Assembly (NCBI GenBank): GCA_951406725.2
Contig: OX597818.1
Location: 930,001 to 994,000 of the forward strand
Source of the DNA: Octopus vulgaris
Taxonomy: Eukaryota
DNA: 64,000 bases
Direction: 5' to 3'
The position numbers and the translations under genes are program-made. Shown here one piece after another: positions 25,575 through 38,416 of the stretch (its first letter is position 1; the number at the start of each line of letters is the position of its first letter). Under the pieces are notes generated by a model that was not told the DNA's origin, searched no databases, and was given only the letters and a program-made list of their open reading frames with translations.

Positions 25575-26350
25575 TATTTTATTTTTCATAGTTATTGATA
25601 GATTCTGTGGTGACTGATGAGACCAGTTCTTGCTCAGAAGTTCGTTCTTTCCACAAGTGAAGCAGGTGGTTTCTGGATGGAAGGTTCCTTCTTGGTTGTT
25701 CTTGTCTATCTTTTCTGCACTTCGTTTTTTTTTTCTTCTCGTTTGACAGTCCTACTGGTCTCAAAATATTTTAATCTCTCTCTGATGATGGATTTCAAGC
25801 ATTTTTGATCCCGAGCATTTCTCTTCCTGTTCTGTATCATTACATTTCTTGAAAGGTGGCAAGCTGCAGAATCATTAGCATGCCAGGCAAAATGCTTAGG
25901 GGCATCTTGTCTACCTTTACATTCTGAGTTCAAATTCTGCTGAGGTTGACTTTGCCTTTCATCCTTCCAGGGATGATAAAATAAGTACTAGTTGAACACT
26001 GGGGTCAATATAATCAACTAACCACCTCTCCCAAAATTGCTGGCCTTGTACAAAATTTGAAATCAGTATTACATTTCTTGAAGCTGGCTTTCAGAAAATC
26101 TTCCAATCATTTCTTTAACCCTCCTCTTCTTCATTTTCCTTCTTTTAGTTGAGAGTAGAGAAGCTACTTTGTATTTTGGGTTGTCTCAAACATTTTTAGA
26201 GAACACCAGTTTTCTCTGCTGTGGTGTGTAATTGAGGAAGTGTATATACCTCTTTTGTGTTTCTTTATTTTCTGATGTTCGTTTTTTTCCCCCTTATTTT
26301 TCCTTTCTGCCTTTGTAAATCATGTTGTTTTTCACTGCATTATTATATTT
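25575..26350 (-). mobile_element. Degenerate 3' end of an RTE LINE with a C-terminal CxxC...SH zinc knuckle, split by a SINE
   Basis: Minus strand: RDQKCLKSIIRERLKYFETSR...ETTCFTCGK...RTGLISHHRI. Confidence 0.6.
25854..26067 (+). mobile_element. tRNA-derived SINE (family A) with a 15-bp target-site duplication
   Basis: B-box-like gagttcaaattc. TSD attacatttcttgaa at 25839-25853 and 26068-26082. Related copies at ~8775-8900, ~14120-14250 (-) and 36465-36603 (-). Confidence 0.9.
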
Positions 26351-26358
26351 TTCTATTG

Positions 26359-26678
26359 TGAAGGTGAGCGACTTAATGGTTAGGGTATTTGGCTCATGAT
26401 CTGAAGGTCGTGAGTTTGATTCCTGCTACTGCATTGTGTCCTTGAGCAAGACACTTTCTTAAATTTTGCTCCAGTCCACTCAGCTAGCAAAAATGTATCT
26501 GATATTCAAAGGTTTAACCTTGTCACATTCTGTTTCAAACTGAATCTCCCTGAGAACTACGTTAAGGGTATGCATGTCTGTGGAGTGCTCAGCCACTTGC
26601 ACTTTAATTTCATGAGCATGCTGTTTCATTGATCAGATAAATCGGAACACTTGCCATTGTAACTGGTGGAGCACCAGT
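26359..26678 (+). mobile_element. tRNA-derived SINE (family B)
   Basis: A-box/B-box-like head (cttaatggttagg...gagtttgattcc). The 3' half matches the reverse complement of 45430-45610. Confidence 0.85.
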
Positions 26679-27522
26679 TAATTCTTCTCTGCAACTTGTA
26701 AGCAGGCATGTTAGCACTGAATTTTCTTTTATAAATTTTCTATTTTTGTTTCAAGAAATTAATATAGATAAAACGTTTTCAAAAAATTTCTTGGAAGTTA
26801 TTTTCACATACAAAACTATGTTGTTCATACTTCTTTGATTAGCTTATAATAATTATTTTGGAATTAATTTAAATAAAGGTCTGATGTTTTTGCTTTTCAT
26901 TTATTACAGACAGTGTAATATGAATGCCAGAATAGGGCTATGACCTATCAGTTCCGAAGTTCCTTTATTTGTTTCTTTTAGGCAGGTAACCACCATCCAC
27001 TACTTGTCAGGTCTGTTGTGATGTCATCATATTTACTGCTAGCAACATGAAATAAAGAATTTTGCTCAAGAACACAATGCATCACATGGTCCAGAAATCA
27101 AAACCACAATTTTATGAGCAGGAGTCCAACACCCAAACTACTATGCCACACACTTTCACAACAGTCAGTGGCGATGAAAAAATAAATGTGTTTCTTTATT
27201 TAATAATCTAAATCGAATCTTTTAAATTAAAATTACTACTTTTTTGGGACAAGAAAATAAAATAGAAGCCAGTGAAAATTATTTGCAACTTACAACAAAA
27301 AGGTTGGGTGGTATTTCAAGAATTTAAGATTCTGTTTCATGAAATGAAATTACTGTAATTACTGGCACATAAGATGTACTCTGATTTTACAAATCTATAT
27401 ATTTGAAAAACCAACATAGTATGTTTCATCATACACTTATGAAAGATATTTTAAAGTGGTTTTGTAGGGGGAATGTTTGATTCTATGCATATAAATACAA
27501 AATTGTTACAATATACTGAAAT

Positions 27523-28801
27523 AAAGTATGGGAGCATCGGCCCTGCTCGAGCTGTAGAAAAGGCGTCGGTAGAAACTCTATAAGATGTACCCAGTGTAAG
27601 CTATGGAGACATAAGAGGTGCAGCAATATCAAAGGAAGACTAACTGGGAAAATAGTTTTTGTATGTAGCAGATGCTCAGGAGCAATAAATAACACTGAAA
27701 ATGTGCAGAGAACAACTTCTGTCACATTCCAGGGAGAAAAACTAGAAGTAGTTGATAGCTTCTGTTACCTAGGTGACCAAGTCAGCAGCGGGGGAGGGTG
27801 TGCTGAAAGTGTAGCTGCTAGAATAAGAATAGCCTGGGCAAAGTTCAAAGAGCTCTTACCTCTGCTGGTGACAAAGGGCCTCTCGCACAGAGTAAAAGGT
27901 AGACTGTATGACGCATGTGTACGAACAGCCATGCTACATGGCAGTGAAACATGGGCCGTGACTGCTGATGACATGTGTAAGCTCGCAAGGAATGAAGCCA
28001 GTATGCTCCGATGGATGTGTAATGTCAGTGTGCATACTCAACAGATTGTAAGTACCTTGAGAGAAAAGTTGGACCTAAGAAGCATCAGATGTGGTGTGCA
28101 AGAGAGACGACTGCGCTGGTATGGTCATGTGGCGAGAATGGATGAGGATAGCTGTGTGAAAAAGTGCCACACCCTAGCGGTTGAGGGAACCTGTGGAAGA
28201 GGTAGACACAGGTTGAGGTGGTGAAGCACGACCTTCAAACATTAGGCCTCACCGAGACCTTTGGAAATATGCTGTGCTTGAGAAGACCCGGCAAGACAAG
28301 TGAGATCATAACCTCGTAACCAGCCCACTTATGCATACCTTTCCTTCACTGGACACTAGAATCTGCTTGCGAAGACCTGTTGAGGCAAGTGAAATCAAAA
28401 TCAAATTCGATGACTGGCATCCATACTAGTGGAGTGCTAAGAGCACCATCTGAGCGTGATCATTGCCAGCGTCGCATTAGTGGCACATGAAAAAACATTC
28501 AAGCAAGGTCATTGCCATTGCTGCTGGACTGGCTCCTGTGCAGGTGGCATGTAAAAAACACCATTTGAGCGTGGCCATTGCCAGTACCGCCTGACTGGCC
28601 CTTATGCCAGTGGCACGTAAATGCACCCACTACACTCTCGGAGTGGTTGGCGTTAGGAAGGGCATCACGCTGTAGAAACTCTGCCAGATCAGATTGGAGC
28701 CTGGTGCAGCCATCTGGTTTGCCAGTCCTCAGTCAAATCATCCAACCCATGCTAGCATGGAAAGCGGACATTAAACGATGATGATGTTGATGATGACGAT
28801 G
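27523..28801 (+). mobile_element. 5'-truncated copy of the dominant PHD-containing RTE LINE with 3' UTR and (GAT)n tail
   Basis: PCSSCRKGVGRNSIRCTQCKLWRHKRC...FCYLGD...MLHGSETW...RRLRWYGHV. 10-bp TSD atactgaaat at 27513-27522 / 28802-28811. Confidence 0.95.
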
Positions 28802-29486
28802 ATACTGAAATGGTTGGTCAGAGGCCATAAACCTTGTAGTCCAGTCCATATTTCAAATTTAACCTCTTGCAGATCACTTGTAACAATTGTTATATCTTGG
28901 TCAAGGGAATTGCCATACAAGATGTAAAACTTGTATTTTTGGCCATGATGTTTTATATTACTGCAATCAGTCACTAGAATGGTTCACTAGCACTCACTGC
29001 AAATAGTTAACAAACAGATGAAAATTTGACTTCCTTTTCATTTTTCTAGGAAAATAGAATTCATTTAGATAATAAACAAATTTTCTTAAAGGTAACACAC
29101 ACATTAAATAATGTAAGTTATGAAAAGTAGTCAGTACAATAATGTGATCTAACAGGACATTTTCTTTTCAAAAGTTGAAAGATGAATGGTCAGCTAAGTT
29201 ACATGATTCTTATACCAGACATTATCACAGGTTTGGCTAATGTTAGCTGTAACAAAGTCTCAAGTGGGAGCACTACTGGGTGACATAGGAAAGCAGTTCT
29301 GTAGCAGGTCAGTGTGTACAAAAGATGCACTGGTAGTCAATTAGGTGGGAGAGAAGGACTTAAGATATTGGAAAAGGTGGTTGATGACAATTGTTATCAT
29401 CACTCTCCAGATGTTCGAGGTAACAATAAGATACATATTGTAGCTTGCATCCAAAGATCATGATAGATCCCTGAATGGAGGGTGGG

Positions 29487-29536
<50 letters not shown>

Positions 29537-30214
29537 TTTTGTATGGATATAGGATAGAGCTGGAGTGTAGAGTTTGTGGGGTAATTGAAAATACATTGCC
29601 ATAGCCATTAGTTTCTAGTGAATAGAAGTGTTTCCATACTTGGTGTGTATGTTTGGGTTGGAAAAGGTAAGAGTGTCACAGAGAGAGAGAGAGCGAGAGA
29701 AAATGAGGATGGAAACAGGTGTGCAGCTGTAAAGTAGACACATGATTACCCAGCCAGAGGAAAGAGCAAGAAAAAGACTGTGAAAGACAGCAAGAGTGCA
29801 AGAGAGAGCTGGTGGCCAAGTGCCAAGGCATACTCACAAGGGACAAGGATCAGAACATAGATGAGATAGTAGAGAAAAGGAAGAGAGAGATAAATGGTGG
29901 AAAGTGCCAAGGCGTACCTTCAAGGTACAGAGATAATAATATAAATGGCAGGGTATTGCCAAAGAAACACGAGTAGTGAGTGGGGATGGAGAATGCAGTG
30001 ACTGGTGAGGACCTGGATATATAGAGGGGGTGAGGGACTACAGGTAAGCAATGATACATTGAGCAGGGAAGTGAGAACAGGATTGCGGAGTGGGAGATAA
30101 TCATAGTGTATGACAGAGGAAATATGAAGAAGAGAAGAGATCCAGTTCGGTTTGAGTGAAAAGTTTTATTATTATGTGTGGATAGGACACACAGTGCTTC
30201 TAGAACTCAGTATA

Positions 30215-30820
30215 ACTGACGTGGGCAGGTCTTCTCAAGAACCTCATATCACCAGACATCTCAGTCCATTGTCATTTCCTCTGTGAGCCCCAACATCTCG
30301 AGATTGGTCTTCACCACTTCATCTCATGACGTCCTGGGTCTCCCTGTTCACAAATACTATCCACTTCCATTGACTGGCACTTCTTTGTACAGCTGTCTTC
30401 TTTAATAAGCACCAAGTCCAAAGCAACATAGTTTTCTCTTTTGCATGCTGCTTCCTGAGCATTTGAAAGAGTCTAAATCCCATGTGCTCTTAGTGTTTAT
30501 TGTTCCTACATATCTGCTACATGCAAAGTTAACTTTATCTGTTAATCTACCTGTGATTCCACTGCACCTCTTATGTGTCCATAACTTACACTGGGTGAAG
30601 CAAATGGAATTACTTCCAAATTCTTTCCCTACATATTGAGCAGCGCCATTTACCCGAAAGAGAGTCTTGTCTGATTTCTTAGCAACTTTGGTCTTTGCTA
30701 GGTTAACTTTAAGGCCCTTGGTTCCAGGTTTTGCTTCTATATCTGGAATTTCTTCTCCAATTTTGCAATAAATTCTACAATAAGAGTGAAGTTATCAGCA
30801 TATAGTAGTTCCCACGGGTA
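30215..30820 (-). mobile_element. Old degenerate copy of the PHD-RTE family
   Basis: Reverse complement matches the WELLYAD, NLAKTK, PHD and 'RPRTSWDEVVK' regions. Confidence 0.8.
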
Positions 30821-31031
30821 TATATATATAAAATTTGAACAAACAAAGAAATGCAGATTACATCATTACCTTTATTAATCAGTTGCAACTGTCTTGAAAA
30901 TTGCTAGAATTATTAGGTCAATCATCAATATAATGGGTTATAGAAATAAAAAAATTCATGTAAAACTACATAATTTTAAATGAAATTTCCCAAGTCATTT
31001 CGTTGGACTTAGTATAATAATAACACCAAGA

Positions 31032-31072
<41 letters not shown>

Positions 31073-31195
31073 GAGAATGCTCCAATCAAATATATCATAG
31101 TGGTCAGTTATCTAACCAGTTTAGAAATAGTTGTGATAAGATTGTTATTGGAGTGTTATCCTCTTTCCTGTGTGTATACATATATTATGGTTACA

Positions 31196-31341
31196 CATGT
31201 TGGCATTAGGAAGGGCATCCAGCTGTAGAAACACAGCCAGATCAGATTGGGGCCTGGTGCAGCCTCCTGGCTTCCCAGACCCCAGTCGAACTGTCCAACC
31301 CATGTCAGCATGGAAAACGGACGTTAAACGATGATGATGAT
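31196..31341 (+). mobile_element. RTE 3' tail fragment directly downstream of the ZNF stop (antisense to the gene)
   Basis: gttggcattaggaagggcatccagctgtagaaac...ggacgttaaacgatgatgatg. Confidence 0.9.
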
Positions 31342-31373
31342 ATTTTTTCATAAAACTTTTGACATCAATTCAG

Positions 31374-32306
31374 TTACCGTTCAGTATAAATACATAAATG
31401 TGTAGTTAAACGATGTTTTTGAGAAAATGACTTCCCACAGATATCATAGCGATGTGGTTTTTCTCCTGTATGAATGCGTTTGTGTTTAGTTAAGGGACTA
31501 CTGACAGAGAATGATTTACCACAGATATCACAGCGATAGGGTTTCTCCCCTGTATGAATGCGTTTGTGTATAGTTAAGTGACTTCCTGCAGAAAATGATT
31601 TATCACAGACATCACAGGGGTATGGTCTCTCTTCTGTGTGTATGCTTTTGTGTGTAGTCAAATGATCATTTGGAGAAAATGATTTACCACAGACATCACA
31701 GTGAAATGGTTTCTCTCCTGAATGAATGCGTTTGTGTCTAGTTAGGTGATCATTTTTAAAGAATAACTTATCACAGTGATATGTTTTCTCTCCAGTATGA
31801 ACATGTTTGTGGTCGTTTAAGTGACCTTTATGAGAGAAAGATTGACCACAGATATCACAGTGATATGGCTTCTCCCCTGTATGAACGCGTTTGTGAGGAG
31901 TTACACTACTTCTATCAGAGAATGATTTACCATAGATATCACAGTGATAGGGTTTCTCTCCGGTATGAATACGTATGTGTATAGTTAAGCCATTACTTCG
32001 ACTGAATAATTTACCACAGATTTCACAGCGATATCGTTTCTCTCCTTTATGAATGTGCTCATGCTTAATTAATTGACTTTCTTGAGAGGTTGACTGATCA
32101 CAGATGTTACCCTGGTACAGCTTCTCTCCTGCATGAATTTGTTTGTGAGTTAATAAAATACTTTCTTTTGGAAATAATTTATCACAGATATCACACTGAT
32201 AGGTTTTCTGTCCTCTATGAATACGTTTGTGAGTAGTCAGGTGACTTTTTTGAGAAAAGGACTTTGTACAGGTATCACAGGGGTATATTTTCCCTTTCTC
32301 TTCCAT
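31374..32306 (-). CDS. Tandem C2H2 zinc-finger protein, 310 aa, 11 finger units (7 with all four ligands, 4 degenerate), single coding exon
   Basis: Repeated [28 protein letters not shown]. No KRAB, SCAN or BTB domain visible. Candidate AATAAA on the minus strand at 30871-30876. Confidence 0.9.
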   Translation of the reverse strand: MEEKGKIYPCDTCTKSFSQKSHLTTHKRIHRGQKTYQCDICDKLFPKESILLTHKQIHAGEKLYQGNICDQSTSQESQLIKHEHIHKGEKRYRCEICGKLFSRSNGLTIHIRIHTGEKPYHCDIYGKSFSDRSSVTPHKRVHTGEKPYHCDICGQSFSHKGHLNDHKHVHTGEKTYHCDKLFFKNDHLTRHKRIHSGEKPFHCDVCGKSFSPNDHLTTHKSIHTEERPYPCDVCDKSFSAGSHLTIHKRIHTGEKPYRCDICGKSFSVSSPLTKHKRIHTGEKPHRYDICGKSFSQKHRLTTHLCIYTER

Positions 32307-32644
32307 TATATCATCAGGAATATTTATTTCTCACATAATACATTTTCCATAATATTTCTTCTCTCACCACAATTTACATGTTTTTTTCTTTTCATTTTAT
32401 ATTTTATTCTCAACATCTGCCACATTTCCATCAAACGTGATCTTTGACACTGTATCATTCAAGTCTAATTGAAAAGCAAAATTAGCAAATACACATTACA
32501 AATGATGAAGTAGAGAAATTTTGTTATTCTTCAGCGGCAAGATTTCATAGTAAATTCACCATATATTTATATAAACAGTTCTAGATGAATTCTCTCCCTG
32601 AAGTAATTTGATAAACCTTCAGAAGTAATCAGATCTTTTATTCC

Positions 32645-32685
32645 AAAGTCATATGATGTTCTGAAATGATAAAGAGGAAATAATT
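32645..32685 (-). promoter_or_regulatory. Likely 3' splice acceptor of the ZNF coding exon (exon starts at 32660)
   Basis: Minus strand tttcctctttatcatttcag|aacatc: polypyrimidine tract + CAG. Confidence 0.6.
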
Positions 32686-33334
32686 AAAAGGCTGAGATTC
32701 AACACTAGAAATTTTATCATATTTCTATATTAATATATTGTAGATATTAACCTTTAGCTGGATATAAAATTATATTCTACACTATACCTTTCTTCTATTG
32801 CCTGTTCTCTCTTCTCCTTCAGTAGCCAAATCTTTATTGCTATCCTTCAACCCTCCACTTCTCTCTTTTACAGGGCACTCTGCTATTACTCTGTTCATAC
32901 CATTTTTCTACTTAGTCTCAAAGCTTCCTGATACTATCTCACTTCTATTATTGCCTACCACCATCATGCTCCAACCAGTTACTTCCATCACGTTTCCTCC
33001 ATTCACACTCTCGATGACATTTACATTAAACAGAGACTTTTTAGCCTTGCAAGGAACAATGCAACCTCTCTTGTTCTGATGCTATGACAAAATGTAACTA
33101 GTATACTCTGTAAAGCCATATGAACATATCAAAATAGAACATGTGACTGAGGTATGTTCTCCTATCTCCTAACCCTTTCAGAAGAGTAGTGACTTTGAAT
33201 AAGAATTCCAAGGGTCCTGTAATTTATGTTGTGAAAGGAAAATTTATTCATAGAAAGTAAACTGTTGGATTCATTTCAGTTTTGTGCTAAAGTACATCCA
33301 GTAATATAGTATATGTGTATATAATGACCAACGT

Positions 33335-33838
33335 ATACATTTCCACAATTCACAACCGATTTTCACCAAACTTTACACACACATTACTTATGTCCCAAGG
33401 ATGGCCATGCACTATAAAATTTTGCCCAGAGCTCCCACATAAATGGACATAGTTTTTTGTATGTAAGTCTTTCCATACCTTTTTAATCTTTTTATAAAAG
33501 TGAAAGGATTTTGTCTATTTATTTCATCTGTCCAACTGCAACGGTGATTAAATTAATTAGGAACACTGAATGCATACATTTCCACAATTCTCAACCGATT
33601 TTCACCAAACTATACACACATATGTCCCAAGGATGGTCATGCACCATAATATTTTGCCCAGAGCTCCCACATAAATTAACCTTTAGCTGGATATAAAATT
33701 ATATTCTACATTATACCTTTCTTCTATTGTATGTAGGGTCTTCCACACTATTTTAATCTTTTTATAAAAGTGAAAGGATTTTGTCTATTTATTTTGACTA
33801 TCCACCTGCAACAGTTATTAAATTTACTAGGAACACAG
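33335..33838. repeat. Two diverged tandem ~240-260-bp units, Helitron/MITE-like core
   Basis: Both units start catttccacaattc.caaccgattttcaccaaact.tacacaca, similar to 51985-52015. Confidence 0.75.
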
Positions 33839-34702
33839 TACATGATGAATATCTAATACTAAACAATCTTAATTTCCATATTTAAACTGCATTAAACTTT
33901 GGCAAGCTTACCTTTACCTATTCTGAGTTACTTGAAAGATGATGTTTCCTTCCCTCTCTTCTATTTGTTGATACCTTTGTTTACCTACTTTAAGGATGCT
34001 TATTTACCCATCCATTATGATATTTCAACTGTTGTCTATTGTTTCAAATATATTTTAGCATTGTCATTCTAGCTTTTTTATGATCTGTCCCAAAGAATCA
34101 ACCTTTAAATAAGAGTTTTGCTTCCACTAGCGAAAGCTATACATATCTTTCAGAAAGCTCCATACAAATTTAACTCTATGTGGCATCTGCTGTTAGTTTA
34201 TGCACAGGCTATGTGGGAAGACAGAATAAAGGGGCTTTAGTGAGCTTATCTCTCTGAAAAAATAGCTCCCTTTCCTGTTGAATGAAATAAACTTGCAGAG
34301 GGGAAGTTTCAACATCTTCCTTCAATTTCCTTACACTATTTATGTAGCTGTTTCTGACAAGAAATTTCGTTTTCATGTAAAACAACTATATTTTGTAGTC
34401 ATTATCCATAATCTACTCCCCAAACACTTTAGTAGCTCTACTTTGCATCACTTATGAACTTATATGTTCTATGATCATTTAAGTGCAACAAGCTCCAAAA
34501 TAACCAGCTTTCAATTTGATTTTCTGTTCCTAGGTTAATCAGAAACATAGATTGCCATGCTACTCATAAACCTTCTCAGTAGTTCAATTATTTGGTGGAA
34601 AAAACCCCCATTAAAGCAACTTAAACCATCCAAAGGACGGGTGTATATGCTAGTATCCAATAAAATTCTACACAGTTTATGAAACACATTATTGGCTAGG
34701 GT

Positions 34703-34945
34703 TAAATTTAAACCTTTGAACCCATGTGTACACTTTAACAGGCATGATTTTGTTTGACCATACCCCTGGAAGATGCAAAAGTAGACAGTCACATGGTTTT
34801 GTGTGTATGAGTCATTAATTAGAAGAAACATAAAATTTTCAGGTGTAAACACAAAACCATGTGACTGTCTACTTGTGTGTCTTCCTGGGGTATAGCCAAA
34901 TGAAATCCTACCTACAAATATGTACTCATGGGTTCGTAGAATTTA
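34703..34945. mobile_element. Fold-back MITE (~100-bp diverged arms, ~40-bp spacer)
   Basis: aagtagacagtcacatggttttgtgt / acacaaaaccatgtgactgtctactt and outward extensions. Confidence 0.75.
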
Positions 34946-35987
34946 GGGTTAAGGGAAAGAATAGTCATGATTAGAAGGCTGTAGTTTTGTTCAAATTCCT
35001 TTGCACCTGACTGATTCTTAGCTCATGCCCAAAACCCCAAATAAATAGGGACTGTTAACTTTTTTGTTTAAAAAAATTTCCATTTTAGACCATTAAGACC
35101 AAGATACTCTAAGTGACAACCCATCCAAAATGTACTAACATAGAAATTTAATCTAAATTATGATAATAAACTTACAACTTTGTGTGAAGTTTACATATTT
35201 ACAGACTATAGCTCAACCTTCACATTGTGTAATATTATATATGTTAAACAGCATAATGTATGATAAATCTTCTCTACAGATACATAACTTCTTTTTGTTG
35301 TTTCGCCATATGGCACTCCTAAGTGAGCTGACTCAGGAAGAAAGGTATTGGGCAATGAACACCCTAGTTATCTCTTAAACATTGTATATCTAGAACTACA
35401 TTATCCAGTGCACTTTTAAAAACTTATGAGGTGTGACACAGAGAGAGAGAGTTGGCTACAATTTCTAGTAGGTCAAACATAACAAATAAAAGCTCCCTTG
35501 GTGGTCTGTTGTTTAGCCCAATGTCAGTCCTGATTTAGATAATTGTGATCAATAGCAGGAACATTATGGCAAACCAAACAAGAAGAAACCTGATATTAAT
35601 GAAGAAGGAAATGGCAATTTAACAAAAGAAAATACTTCGTATAATTCTCCTTTAGTGAAGAATGGCAGTTAACTAGTGAAGTGCAGTGATTTTTAGAGAA
35701 GCACAAAAAATGTAAATGCAGTCACATGCACATACATACACACACACACACTTATACAACAGATTACGTACTTTCAATTTCTATCACTACTCACTAACTC
35801 ACGACAATAGAAAACACTTGACCACCAAAGTGTCATGTACAGAAACTGAACCCAAAACTTCATGGTTGAGAAGTGAGCTTCTTAATAACACAGTGAGTGT
35901 ATGTGTATGTGTAGTAGTACATGAGATTCAGTAGCAAATTTATTAACATATTGTGTCATACAATTTAGCATTCAATAACATACTAGA

Positions 35988-36345
35988 TTTACTTGTTTCG
36001 GTCATTAGACTGTGGCCATACTGGGGCATCGCCTAGATGAATTTTTAGTTGAATGAATCAACCCCAATAATTAATTTTTTGTTAAGTCTGGTACGTATTC
36101 TATTGGACTCTTGCTGAACAGCTAGGTTACAGGGCCTTAAACACACCAACACTGGTTGTCAAGCACACACACATATATATATATATAATGGGCTTCTTTC
36201 AGTTTCTGTCTACTGAATCCACTCACAAGGCTTTGGTCAATCTGAGGTTATAGTAGAAGACACTTGCCCAAGGTGCCATACAGTAAGACTGAACCAGGAA
36301 CCATGTGGTTGGAAAGCAAACTTTCTACCACACAGCCATGCCTGC
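35988..36345 (-). mobile_element. tRNA-headed SINE (family C) with internal (CA)/(TA) tract
   Basis: Minus-strand head ggcatggctgtgtggtagaaag...ggttcagtc followed by ccttgggcaagtgtcttc. Partial copies at ~35745-35890 and ~46935-47015. Confidence 0.8.
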
Positions 36346-36464
36346 ATGTATATAAGATTATGTATCAACATTTACATAATGTTCTCACATCTTCAGTTAA
36401 TATTCTTTATATGCTATCATCATTCCAGTGGTGCATATCACCTAATAAACTTCAAGTGTAACAA

Positions 36465-36603
36465 CAGTTTCAAATTTTGACAGAAGGCCAGCTGTTTCAA
36501 GGAAACGGGTAAGTTGATTACATTGACCCATGTGCAACTAGTACTTATTTCATCAACCCCAAGAAGATGAAAGGCAAAGTTGACCTCAGTGGAATTTGAA
36601 CTC
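36465..36603 (-). mobile_element. 3' part of a family A SINE abutting an RTE insertion
   Basis: gatgaaaggcaaagttgacctcagtggaatttgaactc is the reverse complement of 25925-25965. Confidence 0.85.
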
Positions 36604-38030
36604 GGAAGGATTAGAATCGAAGGGCCTCAGAGTCAATCTAGCTAAAACCAAAGTCGTAATCAGTAGGAAGGTAGACAAATCACAAATGCCTTCAGGTAGA
36701 TGGCCCTGCTCGATCTGTAGAAAAGGTGTAGGTAGAAACTCTATAAGATGCACCAAGTGTAAGCTATGGACACATAAGAGGTGCAGCAATGTCAAAGGAA
36801 GGCTAACTAGGAAGATGGTCTTTGTATGTGGCAGATGCTCAGGAACAATAAACACTGAAAATGCTCTGAGACCAACTTCCGTCACTTTCCAGGGAGAAAA
36901 ACTAGAAATAGTTGATAGTTTCCGTTACCTAGGTGACCAAGTCAGCAGCGGGGGCGGGTGTGCTGAAAGTGTAACTGCTAGAGTAAGAATAGCTTGGGCA
37001 AAGTTCAGAGAGCTCTTACCTCTGCTGGTGACAAAAGGCCTCTCGCACAGAGTGAAAGGCAGACTGTATGATGTGTGTGCATGAACAGCCATGCTACATG
37101 GCAGTGAAACATGGGCCGTGACTGCTGAGGATATGCGTAAGCTGGAAAGAAATGAAGCCAGTATGCTCCGATGGATGTGTAATGTCAGTACTCATACTCG
37201 GCAGAGTGTAAGTACCTTGAGAGAAAAGCTGGACCTAAGAAGCATCAGTTGTGGTGTGCAAGAGAGACGTTTGCCCTGGTATGGTCATGTGGCGAGAATG
37301 GATGAAGATAGTTGTGTGAAAAATTGCCACACCCTAGCGGTTGAGGGAACCTGCGGAAGAGGCAGTCCCAGGAAAACCTGGGACGAGGTGGTGAAGCACG
37401 ACCTTCGAACTTTAGGTCTCACTGAGGAAATGACTAGAGACCGAGACCTCTGGAAGTGTGCTGTGCACAAGAAGACCCGGCAGGACAAGTGAGTCCATAA
37501 CCCGTGGCCTTCTACATGGGATGGAGCCAGCCTACGTATGCATACCTTCCCTTCTTGGGACACAAAACTCTACTTGTGAAGACCTGTTGAGGCAAGTGAG
37601 GATCAGGATCAGAATCGATCAATGGAAATTGCAGATGTGTTACCAGTGCTGGTGGCATGTAAGAGAAGCTTCCGTTTCGCGACCGTTACCAGCGCTGCCC
37701 CGACTGGCCTTGTGTCGGCGGCACGTAAAAATCACCATCCGTTCGTGTCCGTTGCCAGCCTCACCTGGCCCCCGTGCCGGTGGCACATAAAAAGCACCAT
37801 CCGTTCGTGGCCGTTTGCCAGCTCTGTCTGGCACCTGTGCGGGTGGCACGTAAAAAGCACCCACTACACTCACGGAGTGGTTGGCATTAGGAAGGGCATC
37901 GAGCCGTAGAAACACTGCCAGATTTGACTGGGCCTGATGAAGCCTTCTGGCTTCACAGACCTCAGTAGAACCGTCCAACCCATGCTAGCATGGAAAACGG
38001 ACGCTAAACGATGATGATGATGATGATGAT
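36604..38030 (+). mobile_element. Young 5'-truncated PHD-RTE LINE, one premature stop, complete 3' UTR with internal repeats and (GAT)n tail
   Basis: ORFs 36596-37084 and 37091-37492 are collinear and split by CGA>TGA at 37082. PHD at 36707-36838. Confidence 0.96.
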
Positions 38031-38416
38031 AAATGTAAAGATGGATGTAAAGCCACAAAGTTTGCTGCCTTAAACTCAAGTGTAATATCACCTGAAAATG
38101 TGGCAATGTTAAGTAAATAACTTTTTGATATAGTCTTATATAATCTTGCATGTTATTGAATGCCAAATTGTATAACACAATGTGGTAATAATAATAAGTA
38201 TGCTACTGAAACAGATGCAGTAATACCTATGTAATCCATCCTGTGTTTATTGTTACAATTACATCATGTTAAATGTACCAATAATACTTGGATACTTGTG
38301 GATTGGCTGAATAGCAGATACTAGTGAAATATCATTTCATCTTAGCCTTAACTGCTAATCTAAATGTTTGTCTACCATTTACTTTGATCTCTTCACATGG
38401 AGTGCTCCTGATAGAG

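Noticed and set aside
37640-37865. Repeat-spacer-like pattern suggesting a CRISPR array
   Set aside because: The 'spacers' are homologous to each other, the array sits in a LINE 3' UTR, the context is eukaryotic and there are no cas genes.
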